Below, piece after piece: positions 38,926 through 50,396 of a stretch of DNA of 64,000 nucleotides. The DNA is from an uncultured Verrucomicrobiae bacterium (lineage in GTDB: Bacteria; Verrucomicrobiota; Verrucomicrobiia; Chthoniobacterales; UBA10450). Positions within the stretch are counted from its first letter, which is position 1; every line of letters starts with the position of its first letter. Location of the stretch: positions 128,001 through 192,000 of the forward strand of contig CAVYXA010000001.1 in the NCBI GenBank assembly GCA_963772365.1, written 5' to 3'. A program made the translations under genes and the position numbers. The notes beneath the pieces were generated by a model. It did no database searches and was not told where the DNA came from. It worked only from the letters and a program-made list of their open reading frames with translations.

Positions 38926-40311
38926 TCAACCGAGAAATTTCCCTGGATTCAAAATTCCATCAGGATCGAGAGCACGCTTGAGCGCCACATGGACTTCTCG
39001 CGAAACCTCGCTGGCAGCTTGCGGCCACCAGCGTTCTTTGGCCAAGCCGATCCCATGCTCGCCCGTGATGACGCCGCCCCACTCCAGGATGCGCGCGAAC
39101 AGTTGATCAAGCGCTGCTTGGACCTTTTGTCGCACAGCTGCCTCGCGATTGTATCGGTCCGCCATGATATTGACATGAATATTGCCGTCGCCCGCATGAC
39201 CGAAACATGCGATCGGAAATCCATGCCTGGCCTGAAGCTGTTCGGCGAACTCCACAAGATCGACAATTCGACTTCGGGGAACGACAACATCCTGGTTTAG
39301 TTTTGTCAGGCCTGTAGCCCGCAGCGAATTGCTAAACTCGCGCCGGAGCGCCCACAACTTCTCGCACTCGCTTTCGCTGCTTGCCATTTCCAGCGCATTC
39401 GCCTTCTTCGCCGCCAGTAATTCACGAATCGTGATTGCTTCACTGCGCACGCTTTCGACCTGTCCATCAAGATCGACAAGCAAATGTGCGTTCCCGGAAG
39501 GGACAATCGATTTGCCAAGATCTTTTCTGGCAGCTTCCAGCGTAAAGCTGTCAGCGATTTCGAGCGATGACGGCAGAAACCCGGCTGCGAAAATTTCATG
39601 CACAGCCGCGGCCGCCTCCGACATCGTCGGAAAAGCGGCGGAGATCGTGGCGCGGGCCGGCGCCAATGGCAGCAAGCGAAGCGTAATCTCGGTCACGATT
39701 CCAAGCATTCCTTCCGAGCCCACGAAAAGTCCGATCAAATCAAAACCGGTCTTATTTTTGTGAACGCGTCCACCGGTCCGCAAAATCTCGCCATTGGCGA
39801 GGACGACCTCAAGGCCGATCACGTAATTGCGCGTCACGCCGTATTTCAGACAGCGCGGCCCACCGGCGTTCGTGGCGACGTTTCCACCGATGGTGCAATT
39901 TTTCATGCTGGCCGGATCGGGCGGATAAAACAACTTTTGCGCGCGCGCGGCTGTTTTGAGATCGGCGGTGAACACACCTGGCTCCACGATTGCGACGGCG
40001 TCGGCAAAATTTATCTCTTTGATTCGATTCATCCGCGCCATCGAGAGAGCAATTCCGCCGCGGACTGGCACGCAACTGCCGACGTAACCGTAACCGCCGC
40101 CGCGCGCAGTGACCGGAATTTTCTCACGCGATGCGAATTCCAGAAGCGTGCATACATTCGCTGTCGATCTTGCAAACACGACTGCGTCAGGCGCGTGCGA
40201 AGCGAACCATTTATCGCCGCCGTGCGCAGCGAGTGTTGGTTCATCATCCGCAACGGCTTCGTTGCCGAGCAATTCCCGCAGCCGTTCCGCTAAAGTCATG
40301 CTCTTGCTCAT
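38926..40311 (-). CDS. FAD-linked oxidase (GlcD/D-lactate dehydrogenase family)
   Basis: 'YPPDPAS', 'GGNVATNAGG', 'GSEGMLG', 'GHAGDGNIH', 'GEHGIG', 'LNPGK'. Confidence 0.92.
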   Translation of the reverse strand: MSKSMTLAERLRELLGNEAVADDEPTLAAHGGDKWFASHAPDAVVFARSTANVCTLLEFASREKIPVTARGGGYGYVGSCVPVRGGIALSMARMNRIKEINFADAVAIVEPGVFTADLKTAARAQKLFYPPDPASMKNCTIGGNVATNAGGPRCLKYGVTRNYVIGLEVVLANGEILRTGGRVHKNKTGFDLIGLFVGSEGMLGIVTEITLRLLPLAPARATISAAFPTMSEAAAAVHEIFAAGFLPSSLEIADSFTLEAARKDLGKSIVPSGNAHLLVDLDGQVESVRSEAITIRELLAAKKANALEMASSESECEKLWALRREFSNSLRATGLTKLNQDVVVPRSRIVDLVEFAEQLQARHGFPIACFGHAGDGNIHVNIMADRYNREAAVRQKVQAALDQLFARILEWGGVITGEHGIGLAKERWWPQAASEVSREVHVALKRALDPDGILNPGKFLG

Positions 40312-40369
40312 GCTCGTAATCGTAATCGATTTTCTTTTATTTCGATCACGAGCAAGAGCACGATTACGA
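40299..40369. repeat. Imperfect inverted repeat of 6-nt units between fabI and the glcD-like gene
   Basis: TGCTCTTGCTCATGCTCGTAATCGTAATCGA and TCGATCACGAGCAAGAGCACGATTACGA. Confidence 0.65.
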
Positions 40370-40377
40370 CGACGGAA

Positions 40378-41154
40378 TCACATGCCCATGATTTCGTAGC
40401 CGCCATCGACGTAAATCACCTGACCGGTGATGGCGGCGGCGCCGTCGCTAGCCAGAAACACACCGGTTTCGCCAAGCTCAGCCGGATCACAACTGCGCTT
40501 GAGCGGCGCGCGCTCCTGATAATGTTTCAACATTTGAGTGAATCCGCTGATGCCTCGGGCAGCGAGTGTTTGGACCGGACCAGCCGAAATACAATTCGCC
40601 CGGATTTTTTTTGGACCGAGATCGTAGGCCAGATATCGAGTGCTCGCTTCGAGGCTAGCTTTGGCCACGCCCATGACGTTGTAATGCGGCACAACCTTTT
40701 CCGAACCGTAATAGGTCATTGCGAGAATCGAACCGCCGTTCGTCATCATCGGCGCAGCCGCGCGCGAGAGCGCAACCAGCGAATACGCGCTGATGTCATG
40801 CGCGGTACGGAATGCTTCTCGCGTCGTGCTCACAAAATCGCCTTCCAAAGCTTCCTTCGGAGCGAACGCAATCGAATGCAGCAGAAGATCGACACGGTCG
40901 GTTTCGCCCCGCACCTTGTCGAAAAACGACGTGATCTCTGAATCGCTCGAGACATCGCACGGAAACATCGGTGTCTTTTCCCCAAACTCCCCCACGAGTT
41001 CTTCGAGATTTTCCTTCAAGCGCTCACCTTGATAATTAAAAATCAGTTTTGCGCCCGCTGCGGCCCAGGCTTTTGCAATCGCCCAGGCGATGCTGCGTTT
41101 GTTAGCCACTCCGAAAACAACGCCAATTTTGCCGGCTAGAACTTGTTGCTGCAT
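40378..41154 (-). CDS. fabI: Enoyl-ACP reductase
   Basis: 'GVANKRSIAW', 'HSIAFA', 'YNVMGVAKASLE', 'ISAGP..TLAA'. Confidence 0.95.
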   Translation of the reverse strand: MQQQVLAGKIGVVFGVANKRSIAWAIAKAWAAAGAKLIFNYQGERLKENLEELVGEFGEKTPMFPCDVSSDSEITSFFDKVRGETDRVDLLLHSIAFAPKEALEGDFVSTTREAFRTAHDISAYSLVALSRAAAPMMTNGGSILAMTYYGSEKVVPHYNVMGVAKASLEASTRYLAYDLGPKKIRANCISAGPVQTLAARGISGFTQMLKHYQERAPLKRSCDPAELGETGVFLASDGAAAITGQVIYVDGGYEIMGM

Positions 41155-41223
41155 GGCCAATCACAATACGCAGGATTGATGCACGGCAAATATTCCCTGG
41201 GGCGCCCGCGCCGTTGGCGCACG

Positions 41224-44200
41224 CTATGCCGATTTCAAGATGTGTCTGATTCCGCGAACGGGAATGACCACCCAATCGGGTCGATTGTTGAGCTCGTAGC
41301 CGATTTCGTAAACCGCTTTGTCGAGCAGATAGGCCTCCAGCATGATTTGAAGATCGTCGCTGTTTTTTGGAATGAATCCGGCGCCAAGCGTCGCTTTCAA
41401 ATAGCTTTGCAAAAACATGCTGCTCATGTGCCGATACCAGAGATCAGCCCAGCGCTCGAGAAATGGCACGTCTTCGGAACGCATCGCCGGCTGCCAAAGC
41501 GCCGTGTAGGCGGCATATTGAAAAGAACGCATCATCCCCGCCACATCCCGCAGAGCCGATCGCTTCAATTTTCGCTCGCTTAACGGCCGTGCCGGCTCGC
41601 CTTCGAAATCGAGAATGATGAAATCCTTCCCAGTGTAAAGAGCCTGACCGAGATGATAATCGCCATGGATCCGAATTTTTGCAGCACCCGTCCTCCGATT
41701 AAGCAAAAGTTTTTCACGCTGGTGAATTTCTTCTTCAGCGGCAAACACCTGTTCGGCTTCCTCGCGAAAAGTTTCCGGCAGATCTGAGATCTTTTTTTGC
41801 AGGAGATCAAAGTTACGCCGCAACAAGGCACGCATGTTTTGATAGGCGGAGCGCTGAGACATGGTATTGAATGGCTCCGGCGCGAAAGCAACATCGTCGT
41901 CCACCGAGGCCAGGGCCAGGTGCAATTCACCGGTCCGCTGTCCAAGCAACGTAGCTTTCTCCGGATAAATGCCTCCGATCAATTCGTCGAGAAGCGCACC
42001 CGGTGGCGCGGTTTGATTCTGCAAATCGGCTTTTCGCCCCAGAACGCGATCGTAGTATCGACCAACCGCGTCGAGCGTCAGGCTCCAGGCATCAGATTCG
42101 GCCGTAACCGCGCTCTGCATCAAACAGACGACCGTTGGCTCAGATTTCGGGCGACAATATTCGAGTGCACCTTGAAAAGCGGGAACGTTCGGGAAATTTG
42201 TCCGCTCGGTGAGAAAACGCGTAATTTCCACGTCGGGATTCAGGCCATCTTCTAGTTTGCGGTAGAGTTTCAGGAAATATTTGTTTTCGAAAAGCATCGA
42301 CGAATTGCTCTGTTCAGCCCGCAGCACTTGTGATGAAGGAATTGCGGAAGCATCCTCGCCCGAAAGCGCGCTGCTTGGGCTTCCCGTCAAAGTTCCGCGT
42401 TGTCCTTTCAAATTCCCGGCGCCAGCGATCGTTCGAAACAATTGGGAGCGGAAGTGCGAATCCCAGATCGCATCATGCAGAATCGTTTCCTCGGACTCCT
42501 TAAACCTGGCAATGATTGCGCCGGGTACTGCCTGAGCAATCGTGCGAGCCGCGTCGCCGGTCGAGATTTGGACAGGAAACGCGTAAGTCTCTATCGGCCC
42601 GTCCAGGTAATCGATCTGGAGAAACCAGATCTGGGCCGAGTGTGGTTCGCTGGAAATGGGCATGCGTTCGATCACGCGTAGCTCTCGCAAAATGCGTGCT
42701 TTGGAGCCAAACCAGCGGCAGGTCTTAATATAATCGGGCAATATTTTCCGTTCGATTGCCGCGAGCTGATTGTTGGATAACAGAGCTGCCAGACTCGGTT
42801 CCGCGTCGATGATCGGAACCCGTTTTTTCTGTGCGGCCCGCGCGGCTGCCGCTTGTGCGCGCACCACAAACCAATAACAGGTGTGCGGGCCGAGCATTAT
42901 TGAATACGGCGCTTTCTTGATTCGCGGGAAGTAATTCTGGCTAAAGACCTCCATCAGTCCCGACCCTGAAAACCGCGAGAGATTGAGCTCGGTCGACTGC
43001 GAAAAGCGAGAGAGATTAACAACTACGAGGACCGTTTCGTCTTCGTACCGTCTGAGAAAAGCGATGATCCGTCCGTTTTCTGGATAAAGAAACTCAATCG
43101 ACCCGCGCGAGAAAGCTTTGAAATTCTTGCGCATCGCGATGATGCGCCGGGTCCACCAGAGTAACGAAGAGAGATTCTTTTGCTGATTCTCCACATTGAT
43201 CGCCTCGTAATGATATTCCGGATCGATGATGATCGGGAGGTGAAGCTGTTGCGGATTTGCTTTGGAAAATCCGGCGTTGCGGTCTGGACTCCATTGCATG
43301 GGAGTGCGACAGCCATTGCGATCCCCCAGGTAAATATTGTCGCCCATCCCAATCTCGTCGCCGTAATAAATGATGGGTGTACCGGGCAACGACAGGAGCA
43401 TCGTGTTGAGTAGCTCGATCTTGCGCCTGCTATTGCCTATCAGAGGCGCCAGCCGGCGGCGTATGCCGAGATTGATCCGGGCGTGGGGATCGTTCGCGTA
43501 AACGCGCCACATGTAATCGCGTTCCTCGTCCGTTACCATTTCGAGCGTCAATTCGTCGTGATTGCGGAGGAACATGGCCCATTGGCAGTTGTCCGGTACC
43601 GGCGGCGTTTGATCGAGAATGTCGATGATTGGAAATCGATCCTCCATCTGCAACGACATGAACATCCGCGGCATGAGCGGAAAGTGGAAATTCATGTGTG
43701 ATTCGTCCCCGTTGCCGAAGTAAACCACGGCGTCCTCGGGCCATTGGTTCGCCTCCGCCAGCAGCATTCGGCCGGGGAATTTTGCATCGACATGCGCTCG
43801 CAGCTTTTTCAAGTAGACATGCGTCTCGGGAAGATTTTCGCAACTGGTTCCCTCCCGCTCGTAGAGATAGGGCACGGCATCGAGCCGAAGACCATCCACT
43901 CCCATTCCCAGCCAAAAGTCCACCACTCGCTCGACTGCTTCGTGAACTGATCGATTGTCAAAATTCAAATCCGGCTGGTGCGAGTAAAAGCGATGCCAAT
44001 AATATGCCTTTGCCACCGGATCCCAGGACCAGTTCGAAGTCTCGAAATCTTTAAAAATGATTCGAGCGTCCGCGTATTTTTCTGGCGTATCGCTCCAGAC
44101 ATAGAATTCGCGCTCATTCGAACCCAGCGGCGATTTTCTCGATTTTTGAAACCACGGATTCTGATCGGAAGTATGATTGATCACGAGCTCGGTAATCACG

Positions 44201-44499
44201 CGCAGCCCGCGCCCGTGCGCTGCATCGAGGAAGGCGCGGAAGTCCTCCAACGTGCCATAGCGCGGATTCACATTGAAATAATCGGCAATGTCGTAGCCGT
44301 CATCGCGCAGCGGCGAAGGATAGAACGGCAGGAGCCAGATCGCGGTGATCCCGAGCTCCTGAAGATAATCGAGCTTTTCGATCAGACCGCGAAAATCGCC
44401 CATCCCATCGCCATCGCTGTCGTGGAATGTTTTGACGTGCAATTCATAAATGACTGCATCTTTGTACCACAACGGATCGAGCGCGGTTTCCGCCACCAT
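41224..44499 (-). CDS. treS: Trehalose synthase fused to maltokinase (TreS-Mak)
   Basis: 'WYKDAVIYE', 'RLDAVPYL', 'AEANQW', '[11 protein letters not shown]'; C-terminal kinase 'EQSNSS', '[10 protein letters not shown]', 'DFEGEP'. Confidence 0.95.
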   Translation of the reverse strand: MVAETALDPLWYKDAVIYELHVKTFHDSDGDGMGDFRGLIEKLDYLQELGITAIWLLPFYPSPLRDDGYDIADYFNVNPRYGTLEDFRAFLDAAHGRGLRVITELVINHTSDQNPWFQKSRKSPLGSNEREFYVWSDTPEKYADARIIFKDFETSNWSWDPVAKAYYWHRFYSHQPDLNFDNRSVHEAVERVVDFWLGMGVDGLRLDAVPYLYEREGTSCENLPETHVYLKKLRAHVDAKFPGRMLLAEANQWPEDAVVYFGNGDESHMNFHFPLMPRMFMSLQMEDRFPIIDILDQTPPVPDNCQWAMFLRNHDELTLEMVTDEERDYMWRVYANDPHARINLGIRRRLAPLIGNSRRKIELLNTMLLSLPGTPIIYYGDEIGMGDNIYLGDRNGCRTPMQWSPDRNAGFSKANPQQLHLPIIIDPEYHYEAINVENQQKNLSSLLWWTRRIIAMRKNFKAFSRGSIEFLYPENGRIIAFLRRYEDETVLVVVNLSRFSQSTELNLSRFSGSGLMEVFSQNYFPRIKKAPYSIMLGPHTCYWFVVRAQAAAARAAQKKRVPIIDAEPSLAALLSNNQLAAIERKILPDYIKTCRWFGSKARILRELRVIERMPISSEPHSAQIWFLQIDYLDGPIETYAFPVQISTGDAARTIAQAVPGAIIARFKESEETILHDAIWDSHFRSQLFRTIAGAGNLKGQRGTLTGSPSSALSGEDASAIPSSQVLRAEQSNSSMLFENKYFLKLYRKLEDGLNPDVEITRFLTERTNFPNVPAFQGALEYCRPKSEPTVVCLMQSAVTAESDAWSLTLDAVGRYYDRVLGRKADLQNQTAPPGALLDELIGGIYPEKATLLGQRTGELHLALASVDDDVAFAPEPFNTMSQRSAYQNMRALLRRNFDLLQKKISDLPETFREEAEQVFAAEEEIHQREKLLLNRRTGAAKIRIHGDYHLGQALYTGKDFIILDFEGEPARPLSERKLKRSALRDVAGMMRSFQYAAYTALWQPAMRSEDVPFLERWADLWYRHMSSMFLQSYLKATLGAGFIPKNSDDLQIMLEAYLLDKAVYEIGYELNNRPDWVVIPVRGIRHILKSA

Positions 44500-44555
44500 G
44501 CGACAACCTTTGCCGCACAAATCTCATCATGCAACGCGGCAATCGAAACCAAATA

Positions 44556-44586
44556 CGGCAGCCCCGAAAAAATTCCGGGGCTGCCG
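44556..44586 (-). terminator. Intrinsic terminator-like hairpin
   Basis: CGGCAGCCCCG/CGGGGCTGCCG 11-bp stem followed by a U-rich tract on the minus strand, downstream of the gene ending at 44633. Confidence 0.65.
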
Positions 44587-44632
44587 CGAAAATCTTTTCC
44601 AATCTGATTTAGAAAAAAGTGAGTCGGCTACC

Positions 44633-45289
44633 TTATTTCGTGGCCAGGTTTGCCTGACTGGCGACACACTTCCAGGAGCCATTTTGCTTCACCCATGTAT
44701 CGGTGAACAGAAAAGTGCGGTCGAAAGCTTTGCCGTCTTTGCCGGTGCCCTTTTCACGATACTTGCCCACGACAACGGCAACATCATTGCTGTATCTGTG
44801 AACATCGAGCTTTTCGTTCTTTCCGTACGTGTAAGTGTCCTTATCTCTTTTCATCTCAGCCAACATGCCGCGACGATTCTGAATTTTACCCCTTGAACTT
44901 ACGCCGACGAAATCATCGGCCACCATCGCTTCGACCGCGGGCAAGCCCTGCTTTCCGTGAGCCTGGGCCCAGCGGTTTTCGTTATCCTTGAGCGCAGCTT
45001 CCACGCTCATTTTCTTTCCAGATGCCATCGCCGTCGGAGAAGCTGTCTTGGTGGTTTTGGTGGATGCGGCGCTCTTGGTCGGTGTTGCTGCGGGAGACGC
45101 GGTGGCGGAAGGGGTCGGAGACATCGCGGGGCTGGCTGTGGTTTCCACCTCAGGCGCAGCTGCGGGGGTTTCCGCGGCAGTCGTGGATGGAGTCTCCTCC
45201 ATTGGTGTAGCGCTGGGTTGCTCTCCTTGTCCAAAGACCGAGGCAAGCCCCAGTGTTATCGCTGCGATGAATGGTGTAAGTGATTTCAT
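44633..45289 (-). CDS. Secreted NTF2-like (DUF4440) protein with Pro/Thr/Ala linker
   Basis: Signal peptide, low-complexity linker, 'ADDFVGV..G', 'FTDTWVKQNGSWKCVASQ'. Confidence 0.85.
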   Translation of the reverse strand: MKSLTPFIAAITLGLASVFGQGEQPSATPMEETPSTTAAETPAAAPEVETTASPAMSPTPSATASPAATPTKSAASTKTTKTASPTAMASGKKMSVEAALKDNENRWAQAHGKQGLPAVEAMVADDFVGVSSRGKIQNRRGMLAEMKRDKDTYTYGKNEKLDVHRYSNDVAVVVGKYREKGTGKDGKAFDRTFLFTDTWVKQNGSWKCVASQANLATK

Positions 45290-45481
45290 TTCAATTTCCT
45301 TTCAGGGTTAGCTTTCGAACGCTGGATCGCGCAGCGGCCTTTGCCCCACTCTGGCGGTCACGACTCGAGCTATTTCGGAGTCATTTGGCGTTGTCAAAAG
45401 CGAGCGTATTGGGAACGGCGCGAAACGGTCAAGGTTTTATTGCAATCCTTAAAACGCGCGCTCGAGACGCCAGGCAGTTTG

Positions 45482-45522
45482 GTAAACGCTTGACCGATCG
45501 AGGAAGAAAGCCTCAAATCATA
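45482..45522 (+). promoter_or_regulatory. Shared upstream motif copy 1 (TTGACC-containing, promoter-like)
   Basis: GTAAACGCTTGACCGATCGAGGAAGAAAGCCTCAAATCATA, similar to 50293-50332. Confidence 0.5.
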
Positions 45523-45539
45523 AACTAAGATCAGGGGAT

Positions 45540-46343
45540 ATGGATCGCTATGCTTATCGTATCGTGTTTTTCCTAGCCATATGGTGGCTGGGAAATAGTG
45601 GATTTGGATCGACAGTTCGTGCGGCTTCCACTGATGGCGTCGCTCGCATTACACAACGCTCCGGCATCGTGCAATCGATCAAACCGGCCGGTCGGGCTGG
45701 TGCGGCCGCATTGCGCGACACCATCGAAGAGGGATCTGTGTTGCGAACCGGAAAAGATGGACAGGCTGAATTAACTTTTGACGATCAAACTGTCGTTCGG
45801 CTTGCGTCCGACACCGTCTTTTCCTTTCGCAATGGGGCTTGCGATCTCAACCTGAGCGAGGGCGCCGTATTGGTGGAATCGCCCAAGAGCGGACTAGCCG
45901 CAAAAATTGAGGCCGGAGAAATCTCGGCTGCGATCAGCGGAACGACGTCCGTCTTCGAATATCGCCACGGCGTTTGTAAATTTTTGGTTCTCGAAGGCAA
46001 AGGGCGATTGTATCGGCCGCGCCATGTGGGCGATTCGGTCTTGGTCGGCCCGGGTCAGATGGTCTTCGGCAATGCAAAGGATCCCCTGAGTGATCCAGTC
46101 GACTTCGATATCGCCCGTTTCATTCGGACCAGTCATCTTATTGTCGATCTTCCGCCTTTGCGGACTCAGGGAGCAATCGCGGCCGCGGCTCGGGCGCAGG
46201 ATGGTAAGAAATCAAAAAAGACATTAATGGAAACGAACCTTGTCATCCACGGCGGCGGCACTGTCGTTTCACTCGTCAACCCGGACGCACCGAAAGCCTC
46301 AAAAGCAGCGAGTCGCCAGTCGAGATCGAAAATAAAAAGATAG
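45540..46343 (+). CDS. Secreted stand-alone FecR-domain protein
   Basis: Signal peptide; 'LRTGKDGQAELTFDDQTVVRLASDTVF', 'AAISGT', 'VLEG'. Confidence 0.85.
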   Translation: MDRYAYRIVFFLAIWWLGNSGFGSTVRAASTDGVARITQRSGIVQSIKPAGRAGAAALRDTIEEGSVLRTGKDGQAELTFDDQTVVRLASDTVFSFRNGACDLNLSEGAVLVESPKSGLAAKIEAGEISAAISGTTSVFEYRHGVCKFLVLEGKGRLYRPRHVGDSVLVGPGQMVFGNAKDPLSDPVDFDIARFIRTSHLIVDLPPLRTQGAIAAAARAQDGKKSKKTLMETNLVIHGGGTVVSLVNPDAPKASKAASRQSRSKIKR

Positions 46344-46372
46344 CCAAGCAGAAATTATCCGGGCAAAAATTA

Positions 46373-49300
46373 ATGAAGAGAAAAATTTCTATCAAAAGGT
46401 CAGATCGAGTCACAACCGCGGTCTTCGCTCTAATCTGCGGAGCGGTGGCTCTAAATAGAATTGTCGATGCTGCGCCCCTCAACTCTGCGCGGGTCTCCCA
46501 GGTGATCCAGGATGTGCGCCTGTTAAAGCCAAGCGCGCCGCCGCGTCCCGCCGTCGTAAACGATATGGTTACCCGCGAATCGGCAGTGCGTACCGGAGTT
46601 GAATCGCGAGCCGAACTAACGTTTCCCGATTTGACCATTACTCGACTCGGGCAGAACACAATCTTCACCCTGTCCCGAGGCGCTCGCGAGATCCATTTGG
46701 ATTCGGGTTCCCTTCTTCTGCAAATCCCGCCAAACGCTCCGGAGGCGAGAATCATAAGCCCCGGGGTCACCGCTGGAATTGCTGGCGCTACTGCTCTTTT
46801 TGCAGTCGGCCCGCCAAGGAAGTTCATGGTCCTGGAAGGCAACGGATTTCTCTTTCCAACCGGACATCCGGAACGCGCTGTTCATCTCCAAGCCGGAGAA
46901 ATGGTGATGATGACTGCTGATGGACGCATCACGCCGGTAATGACATTTAACGTCGGGCTCGTCCTCAGCACATCTCATTTGATCACCGATTTTCCCGAGT
47001 TGGCTAATCTGACGTTGATTTTGAATATCGTTAACCAGCAGGGAGCAGGCTTTGGCGAGTCGCCCGGGCCGCCTCCATACAGGGACATTATTGAAGTTGC
47101 CGATCAACGATTTGCCGCATTGCCAACTCTCACGCCAAGCGCAACACCTACCCCCACGACGACGCCGTCCCCTACGCCGAGCAAGTTTGGCACGCCATTA
47201 GTGATCAGTTCGCCCGTGCCCTACATCATTACTTCGGGAACGACGATCACGACCGACCCCTCCATCACCACTAACGGTGTGACTGCCTACGGAACAATTT
47301 ATCGCGGGCCCACCGCCGACGGGCCATTCACAATGTGGGCCTTTGGATCGACAAGACCTTTCGACACGGCGCTGAATCTTGATAGCGAATTCTTTTCTGA
47401 CTCAGCCAATCTGCCGATTGCCGTTTTTAAATTTCAAAGCTTGTCGCTGACCGGCAATCCAACGATCGACACAAGCAACGGCGGAGTCACACGCCTCGGC
47501 TTGATCGGTGTGAGTGGTATCACGTCTGGGCCGCCCGGCGGCCCGTTAACGTTTAGTGGCCTGGACGGGCTTTATCTCGGGACAGTCAATGGCTCGATCA
47601 ATCTTAGCTCTGACATTTCTTTTGCGAACCTTGACACGCTGGCGATTTATGCCCGTGGAAGCGGCTCTAGCCTAACGATCAACTCGCCAATTTCAAATAT
47701 CGCTAATCTCAAGCTTGCTGCCGAGGGATCGCTTCAGCTTACCAACTCCGGGAGCATGAGCGTCGGAAGCTTTGGCTCGACGGCCGGCGGAAATCTGAAT
47801 GTACAAATCCACGGCTCGCTATCGTTAGACGGTCAATTTCGCCTGGACACTCTGGTCTTGCCGGGAACGAGCGTACCCAATGGGGCCAATGTCACATTAA
47901 CTGTCGGCAACGATTTTACGAACAGCTCGGCTGACGATATTTCCCAGTTGCGAGTGAAGAACGAAAACGGCCATATCGGAAGGGGCGGAAATATTTCGAT
48001 GAACGTCGGGGGGGATCTGATGACCGCGGGCGATTTCGAAATGACGGTTCAAAACACCTCCGGTCAGATCGACAACGGCGGCAACATCGCACTGACGACT
48101 TCCGGCAGTGTCTCTACCGGCGGAGCGTTTAGTGTTCTCGTTGAGAACTATGATTTCAGTGGCAACGCTGCAGGGCACATCGGTACGGGCGGAAATATTT
48201 CCGTCGCGACGGGAGGAGATCTCTCCGCGCAATCGATCATCGCGCTTGTTAATAATCGTAGTGGCGGCCAAATTGATTCGCCGGTTAGCCTTACTTTGAA
48301 CGTCGGCGGCGCGTTGACGACTTCCGGCGAAAGCACCGATCCATTTGGATTTCCAGAAAGCCTCTCGGTTACTATTTCGACCAGGTTTGACAACATGAGC
48401 GGCCCGGCGCTCGCTTCAACCATCGACGGCAATGCGACTTTGACGATTAACGCAGGCACCGCTTCAATTGGCGGCCGGCTCTCCACCATCATCAGCAACA
48501 CTGGCAGCACTCTCAATGGGAGTGCGCTCATGAATCTTGGCATCACCAACGGCGTGTCCATTGATGGCGAGGCTGACTTAGAGATTTTGAATGACGCCGA
48601 CATCGCCAGCCCTCTCGGCGGCGTACTCCATGGCAGCGCGACTCTGCAGGTGCTCTCAAATAACTTCACGGCCAACGCGTTATTCGCCCAGATCGATAAC
48701 CGGGATGGCGCGTTGATCGATTCGAATGCTGCCATTGCTTTTGATTTGACAGGAAGCTTTGCCATACCTGGGACGAACCCCGGCAATTCAGGTTTCGATG
48801 CGACCGTGCCGGGCGAGGCGGATATTCTTATTGATAACCAAAAACGTGGTGTCAGCCAGGACAACGCTACAAGCGGCGGCACGATTGGGGGAAGCGCGTT
48901 GATTCAGTTGAGCGCCGCCAGCGCTTCCATCGCGGGTCTATTCGACGTTGAGATCGACAATTTCAACAGTGACAGCGGCGTCAGCGGTGGAAGTATCGGA
49001 AGCAATGCCGCGATCGACTTCAACATCACTAGCAGCCTCCAGGTTGTAGGCGACGCGGACTTTCAAATCTTGAACGAAAGCCGGGCTACCCGTTCGGCCG
49101 GTGGAACAATCGGCGGAGATGCCACGATAGACGTAAGCGCGGCCAGCATTTCTGCGAACTCTTTGCTTACCCAAATCAACAATAGCAATTTCGGCAGCAT
49201 CGGCGGAAACGCCACGATCGACGTAACTGTCCCTAACATTTCCATTGGTGGGAACCTGTTTAATCAAATTGACAATTCGAATGGCGGCACGATCGGCAAT

Positions 49301-50206
49301 GCCGCAACGATCAACATGAATGTTTCCGCCACTGCCACGGTGACCAATGACGCACAGTTCAATATTTTCGGCAGTAATGGGGCCTCGTCCGCCGCCATCA
49401 ATTTCAATGGCGGCAACTATAGTGTCGGAGGCATGTTTCGGAGTACCATTTCCGATGACGGTGCAATCGCCTTTAACAATGCCACGGTGCAGGCCGATGT
49501 GCTCAAAGCCGGTGTTTTCGGTCCGAATGGCGTGCTCAACGTTGGGGGCGGGATGCTTAGTGGCAACACAGAGTTCAAGCTCTACGCTTCTGGCAGCAAC
49601 GGTTCCATCAACTTTCTAACTGATGTAACTTTGTCAGGGCAAACGGCTGCGCCGATTATCGCTGCCAATACCGTAACCATCTTCGACGGCGTCGTAGTTA
49701 CCATCACCGGGCAATCAGGCATGGCCATGGTTTTTGCCAATGTGCCGAACTATTCTGGCTCCGGGGGCAATGGTAGTACTACAGGGACGTTCGGTGGGAA
49801 TGGAGCCCAGACCCAGTCTCTCTCTTCAGCGCCGCCATTTGATGGCCCGATTCTCGCACCGGAAACCATCGAGCCCAGCGGCGGGGCAACCTCACATCAC
49901 GGGACTGACACAACATCCGCAGCCGCGCCCCGAAATGCCGAAAGAGCTGATGATTTCAGAGAACCTCGCGCGAGAACGGCTGCTGCCACGATTAACATTA
50001 GAAACAGCTCTCAATTGCTGGCACTCCTTGACGATGCGGTTCCACGACCCCGAGGCAAGATCTCAAGTGCAGCGGGACATAAAACCGCCGGGGCAAAAGA
50101 TTCGAGTAGGATCGACATGGCCGACCGCCTGAAGAACGTTCGCATAAATTTAGACAGCCATCGCAACGGCGAGCACGAAAGGCCCGGCCTTCTGGCCAGG
50201 CAATGA
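46373..50206 (+). CDS. Large secreted protein: FecR domain, PT linker, Gly/Asn/Ser-rich beta-solenoid repeats
   Basis: 'VRTGVESRAELTFPDLTITRLGQNTIF'; repeats such as GGTIGGDATIDVSAASIS..QINN; 1277 aa. Confidence 0.85.
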   Translation: MKRKISIKRSDRVTTAVFALICGAVALNRIVDAAPLNSARVSQVIQDVRLLKPSAPPRPAVVNDMVTRESAVRTGVESRAELTFPDLTITRLGQNTIFTLSRGAREIHLDSGSLLLQIPPNAPEARIISPGVTAGIAGATALFAVGPPRKFMVLEGNGFLFPTGHPERAVHLQAGEMVMMTADGRITPVMTFNVGLVLSTSHLITDFPELANLTLILNIVNQQGAGFGESPGPPPYRDIIEVADQRFAALPTLTPSATPTPTTTPSPTPSKFGTPLVISSPVPYIITSGTTITTDPSITTNGVTAYGTIYRGPTADGPFTMWAFGSTRPFDTALNLDSEFFSDSANLPIAVFKFQSLSLTGNPTIDTSNGGVTRLGLIGVSGITSGPPGGPLTFSGLDGLYLGTVNGSINLSSDISFANLDTLAIYARGSGSSLTINSPISNIANLKLAAEGSLQLTNSGSMSVGSFGSTAGGNLNVQIHGSLSLDGQFRLDTLVLPGTSVPNGANVTLTVGNDFTNSSADDISQLRVKNENGHIGRGGNISMNVGGDLMTAGDFEMTVQNTSGQIDNGGNIALTTSGSVSTGGAFSVLVENYDFSGNAAGHIGTGGNISVATGGDLSAQSIIALVNNRSGGQIDSPVSLTLNVGGALTTSGESTDPFGFPESLSVTISTRFDNMSGPALASTIDGNATLTINAGTASIGGRLSTIISNTGSTLNGSALMNLGITNGVSIDGEADLEILNDADIASPLGGVLHGSATLQVLSNNFTANALFAQIDNRDGALIDSNAAIAFDLTGSFAIPGTNPGNSGFDATVPGEADILIDNQKRGVSQDNATSGGTIGGSALIQLSAASASIAGLFDVEIDNFNSDSGVSGGSIGSNAAIDFNITSSLQVVGDADFQILNESRATRSAGGTIGGDATIDVSAASISANSLLTQINNSNFGSIGGNATIDVTVPNISIGGNLFNQIDNSNGGTIGNAATINMNVSATATVTNDAQFNIFGSNGASSAAINFNGGNYSVGGMFRSTISDDGAIAFNNATVQADVLKAGVFGPNGVLNVGGGMLSGNTEFKLYASGSNGSINFLTDVTLSGQTAAPIIAANTVTIFDGVVVTITGQSGMAMVFANVPNYSGSGGNGSTTGTFGGNGAQTQSLSSAPPFDGPILAPETIEPSGGATSHHGTDTTSAAAPRNAERADDFREPRARTAAATINIRNSSQLLALLDDAVPRPRGKISSAAGHKTAGAKDSSRIDMADRLKNVRINLDSHRNGEHERPGLLARQ

Positions 50207-50292
50207 CATTTCATGCGCTACAAATCGCGCCATTTTTATGCTAAGTGCCGATGCGCTGATAACATTTTTGACTATCTCGGCCGATCCTCGCA

Positions 50293-50332
50293 GTAAAAGC
50301 TTGACCCAGTAGGCGGAAAGCCTCAAAACGTA
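50293..50332 (+). promoter_or_regulatory. Shared upstream motif copy 2
   Basis: GTAAAAGCTTGACCCAGTAGGCGGAAAGCCTCAAAACGTA. Confidence 0.5.
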
Positions 50333-50396
50333 GCCTTTTCCCGTGGGACCGGGAACTCGGGCTAAAGCGACAGGCGGCTTTTCGCAACGATAACCA

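Noticed and set aside
41224..44499. TreS-maltokinase fusion as a novelty
   Set aside because: This fusion is well known in many bacteria
50280..50396. c-di-GMP or other riboswitch upstream of the adhesin-like gene
   Set aside because: A GAAA-containing hairpin is present but I could not identify the rest of a known riboswitch consensus; kept only as a shared promoter-like motif pending an Rfam scan
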